Source: Vezdaea acicularis (lineage: Eukaryota). From it: a stretch of DNA of 64,000 nucleotides. The stretch lies in the NCBI GenBank assembly GCA_026025075.1, contig JAPEUI010000029.1, positions 1 to 64,000 on the forward strand, read 5' to 3'. The position numbers and the translations under genes were made by a program. Under the pieces are notes generated by a model that saw only the letters and a program-made list of their open reading frames with translations, ran no database searches and was not told the origin of the DNA. Positions 61,435 through 64,000 of the stretch are shown here, piece by piece (within the stretch, counting starts at the first letter, position 1; every line of letters starts with the position of its first letter).

Positions 61435-63825
61435 AATGTCCAAGCGGGCGGCGAGACGGACTTCAGCTTTCAACGCTCTCGTCCTGGTGATGCCTGACAA
61501 ACATCTTCGAGAGTCGCCCGCCGCGTGGCTGCTGCAAACCGGTCCGGCGGATCCTTCTTGACCGGGCCTACGGGCCGCCGGGTTCATGACTCCTTTACGA
61601 ACGCCTCTACTGCAGCTAATGAACTCTTTTTTTTCACTTTTCTTTGCCTACGCCGTCGATGGCGCTGGATGTGGCTGAATGATCTCGAATCTCTAGTTTT
61701 CCCCCTTCCCTCCCGGAACACCTTCCAATTAGACGTGTTTCTCGATCACGACGAGAACAACGTTGGGATGTAGCCACAGGAAATAAGCATGCTGCAGGAG
61801 AGGCGGGTATGTTGGGCTCTTCCTTCCCCCATCTCTGTGCAGAGAGCAGTTCGACGCGGGTTTCATCAGCCATCTAAGCAAGCCACTATCCCGAAGGGCG
61901 CAAGAGTTCCAGCAAAAAAAGTAAACATACAACCTCATTTGGGGTTTTGATAGGAGTTGGTGGCTTGTTCTCAAAAACAGTTCGCCTGGGCATGCCCTAT
62001 CTCCCCTTCACCGCCAGATCACGCATCTCATCCATGCCAAAAAACGTACCGCGAACCCGGTGAGAGAGCTCAAACACAACACCACCACCACCCCGCCGCA
62101 AGAAAACCCTTTCCGCGCATCCCCTACGCCCCACGAAATAGACACGTTGCTGAACCCTTGAGGGGGTGTGTCATGGGAAGGACAACCCGAAGCCACGGCC
62201 CAGGGACTCTAACAACGGGAAAGGCACGGACGCCACGAAACGTCCAAGGCGGCCATGTTATGTATGTCTTTTCTAAGCTCCTCTCCGGCAGCACCGCCAG
62301 TTGTTCCGATCTGCCAATCAGACAGCCGATCCACCACCCACCGCACATCATCGCGGAAGCTAGAATATTCCGGCTTGCAAGTCCTGGGCTCAGCGTGCAC
62401 TATCAAGACACACGAGCAACCGGCGGACGCCCTTTCTGACCGCTACTGCTGTGTCACCGCGGGGCGAGTCGTCGCGCGATGCAAGCGTGGTGCGCTGCCC
62501 AAAGTCCGCCTCTTTTTTTCTCTGGTGTCATGCACCCACGCTTTCGTCAGTTCGCGCCCTAGCCCGTCTGGCCCGTCTGGTTGGTCGCAAGAGGGCTGTT
62601 CGGTGGAGCACACCAAATCGCTTTGGTCCGGCGGGAGGCAGGCTACTGTAGGCCCCCCGACCCTCGTCTTCTGAGACCCCTCCCATCAGCGCGGTCCGCC
62701 GCCTACCCTGGCGCGAAGACGTGGGTGTCGCGACCAATCACCCGCAGCAGGCGGTCTCTACACCCAACAGGGACTGACTGGTGGAGAATTGAAACCCTAG
62801 ACGAGGCGGCGTAGCCTCTCTCGTCCCCCAGTTCGAGAGGGAGGGGGCGGCCTCGCAGCGCAACTACCGCTACGCCTTTCCCTAACGCTGGATGAATTAC
62901 CGGGTTGATCCTGGGAGCCTCGATGTATGTTTCCCTCCCTCCATCCCCTCATCATCGCTCTCCTAGCGCTTTGACCATTGCCCTCCTCCCTCGCACGCCT
63001 CTTTCCGGGCCCATCGAACACTGGCGGCGACGCCGCAGCATCTCTTTCGGCTCGAAGAAATGCATGCACGTCCGTTGCTGTGCAGCAGCAGCAGCAGCGA
63101 CATTTCGTTCGCCCTCAAACCCTGCATTCGAAGCCCTCGTTGTGCACGACAGGCCCAGAGGCCATGTGTTTCGCATCCACCCAACCCAACCGTTCCAGCG
63201 AGCGGCCAGCGCCGGCTTGTGTCGTCCTCATCGTCGTCGGTGTTGTTGTTTTCCTACACACGCCCTGCAGCGGCGGACCCGGTTCATGCGGTTGATCATG
63301 CACTGATAAGCAAGATAGGATAGCAGGTTGTCGTCCAAGGCCCTGCTTGCACTGCAATTAGCTTTGTTGGCTGCCCTGATCAAGCCCTCGGTGAGGCCCG
63401 ATGCAGAAACATACCCCCTCCCCTTCCTCGTGTTGTTGTTCCTCCCCCTCGCACCCCCGGAAGTCCCAACCGAATCAACACTATCGATCTGAGTCTGTGC
63501 CTCGTCCGCCTCTGTCTCCTGAGGGGTGATGTCGCTATCGCCGGCGCGCATACCGCTGATCGATGGGTGCGTGAGGGATTCCCTCGCTATTCTCCTCGTT
63601 TTTTTTTCTTGTCTCCCGCGAGCGTGCCTTGCGTACTGTAGCGGCGTACCACCTCTGTCTTGCTAGAAGGGGGACGGGAACCAGCTTCGCTTGGAGCACG
63701 CGTGAAGCTTCGCTGCTCGACCGACTTTACCTCCCAGCCAGACCCTCCGATCTCCCAAGTCGTTCCGCCTAACCGAGCTTTTTCGCTGCCCAGCCCAGCA
63801 CCGCACCGCAGCCCAGCGTCCGTGA

Positions 63826-63860
63826 CCCAGCCCAGCCCAGCCCAGTCCAGTCCAGTTCCA
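63826..63860. repeat. (CCCAG)n pentamer repeat grading into (TCCAG)n
   Basis: cccagcccagcccagcccagtccagtccagttccag read directly. Confidence 0.8.
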
Positions 63861-64000
63861 GCGCCCGTCGCTCCTCCAGTGTTCGTACGTACTGTCATAG
63901 CAAAACGAGAACCCCTTCATGACCACCAGTCCCTCCTCCGTTTCACACCCTGCCCTGAACAAGCCCCCTCCTCCGCGACTGGCCCGCCCCGCCGGAGCTC

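Noticed and set aside
52600..64000. Many 60-330 aa ORFs upstream of medA (e.g. 57461-58450, 56319-57245, 57883-58740)
   Set aside because: R/P/S/G low-complexity translations overlapping in all frames and crossing microsatellites; expected from high GC; no domains

Overview
This is the left end of a chromosome from a filamentous ascomycete (Pezizomycotina, inferred from TTAGGG telomeres, a medA orthologue and short GT-AG introns). Twenty CCCTAA repeats (1-120) are followed almost immediately by a compact block of about 18 mostly housekeeping genes up to 45 kb, many in head-to-head pairs: STU1/CLASP, a BSP-type zincin, a multi-TM membrane protein, MIA40, a PTS2 thiolase, THI80, an orphan, an RRM protein, Pom33/Tts1, PPT1, CTK2 cyclin, CDS1, Rad26/ATRIP, an RBM26/27-like protein, a BTB protein, EF-2, FYV7 and a DUF4210 protein. 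No subtelomeric repeats, telomere-linked helicase or transposon were recognised. At about 45.2 kb the sequence becomes visibly GC/CpG-rich and microsatellite-rich, and the last 19 kb hold only one convincing gene, the developmental regulator medA. The most notable signals are around medA: a predicted two-intron, AUG-free 5' leader whose first AUG opens an overlapping out-of-frame uORF, a perfect 9-bp hairpin before an internal AUG, and strong + strand splice signals suggesting a convergent spliced non-coding transcript. The Pom33/Tts1 gene has two enlarged, structured introns with a candidate poison acceptor. Exon structures and family calls were made by eye; no searches were run.
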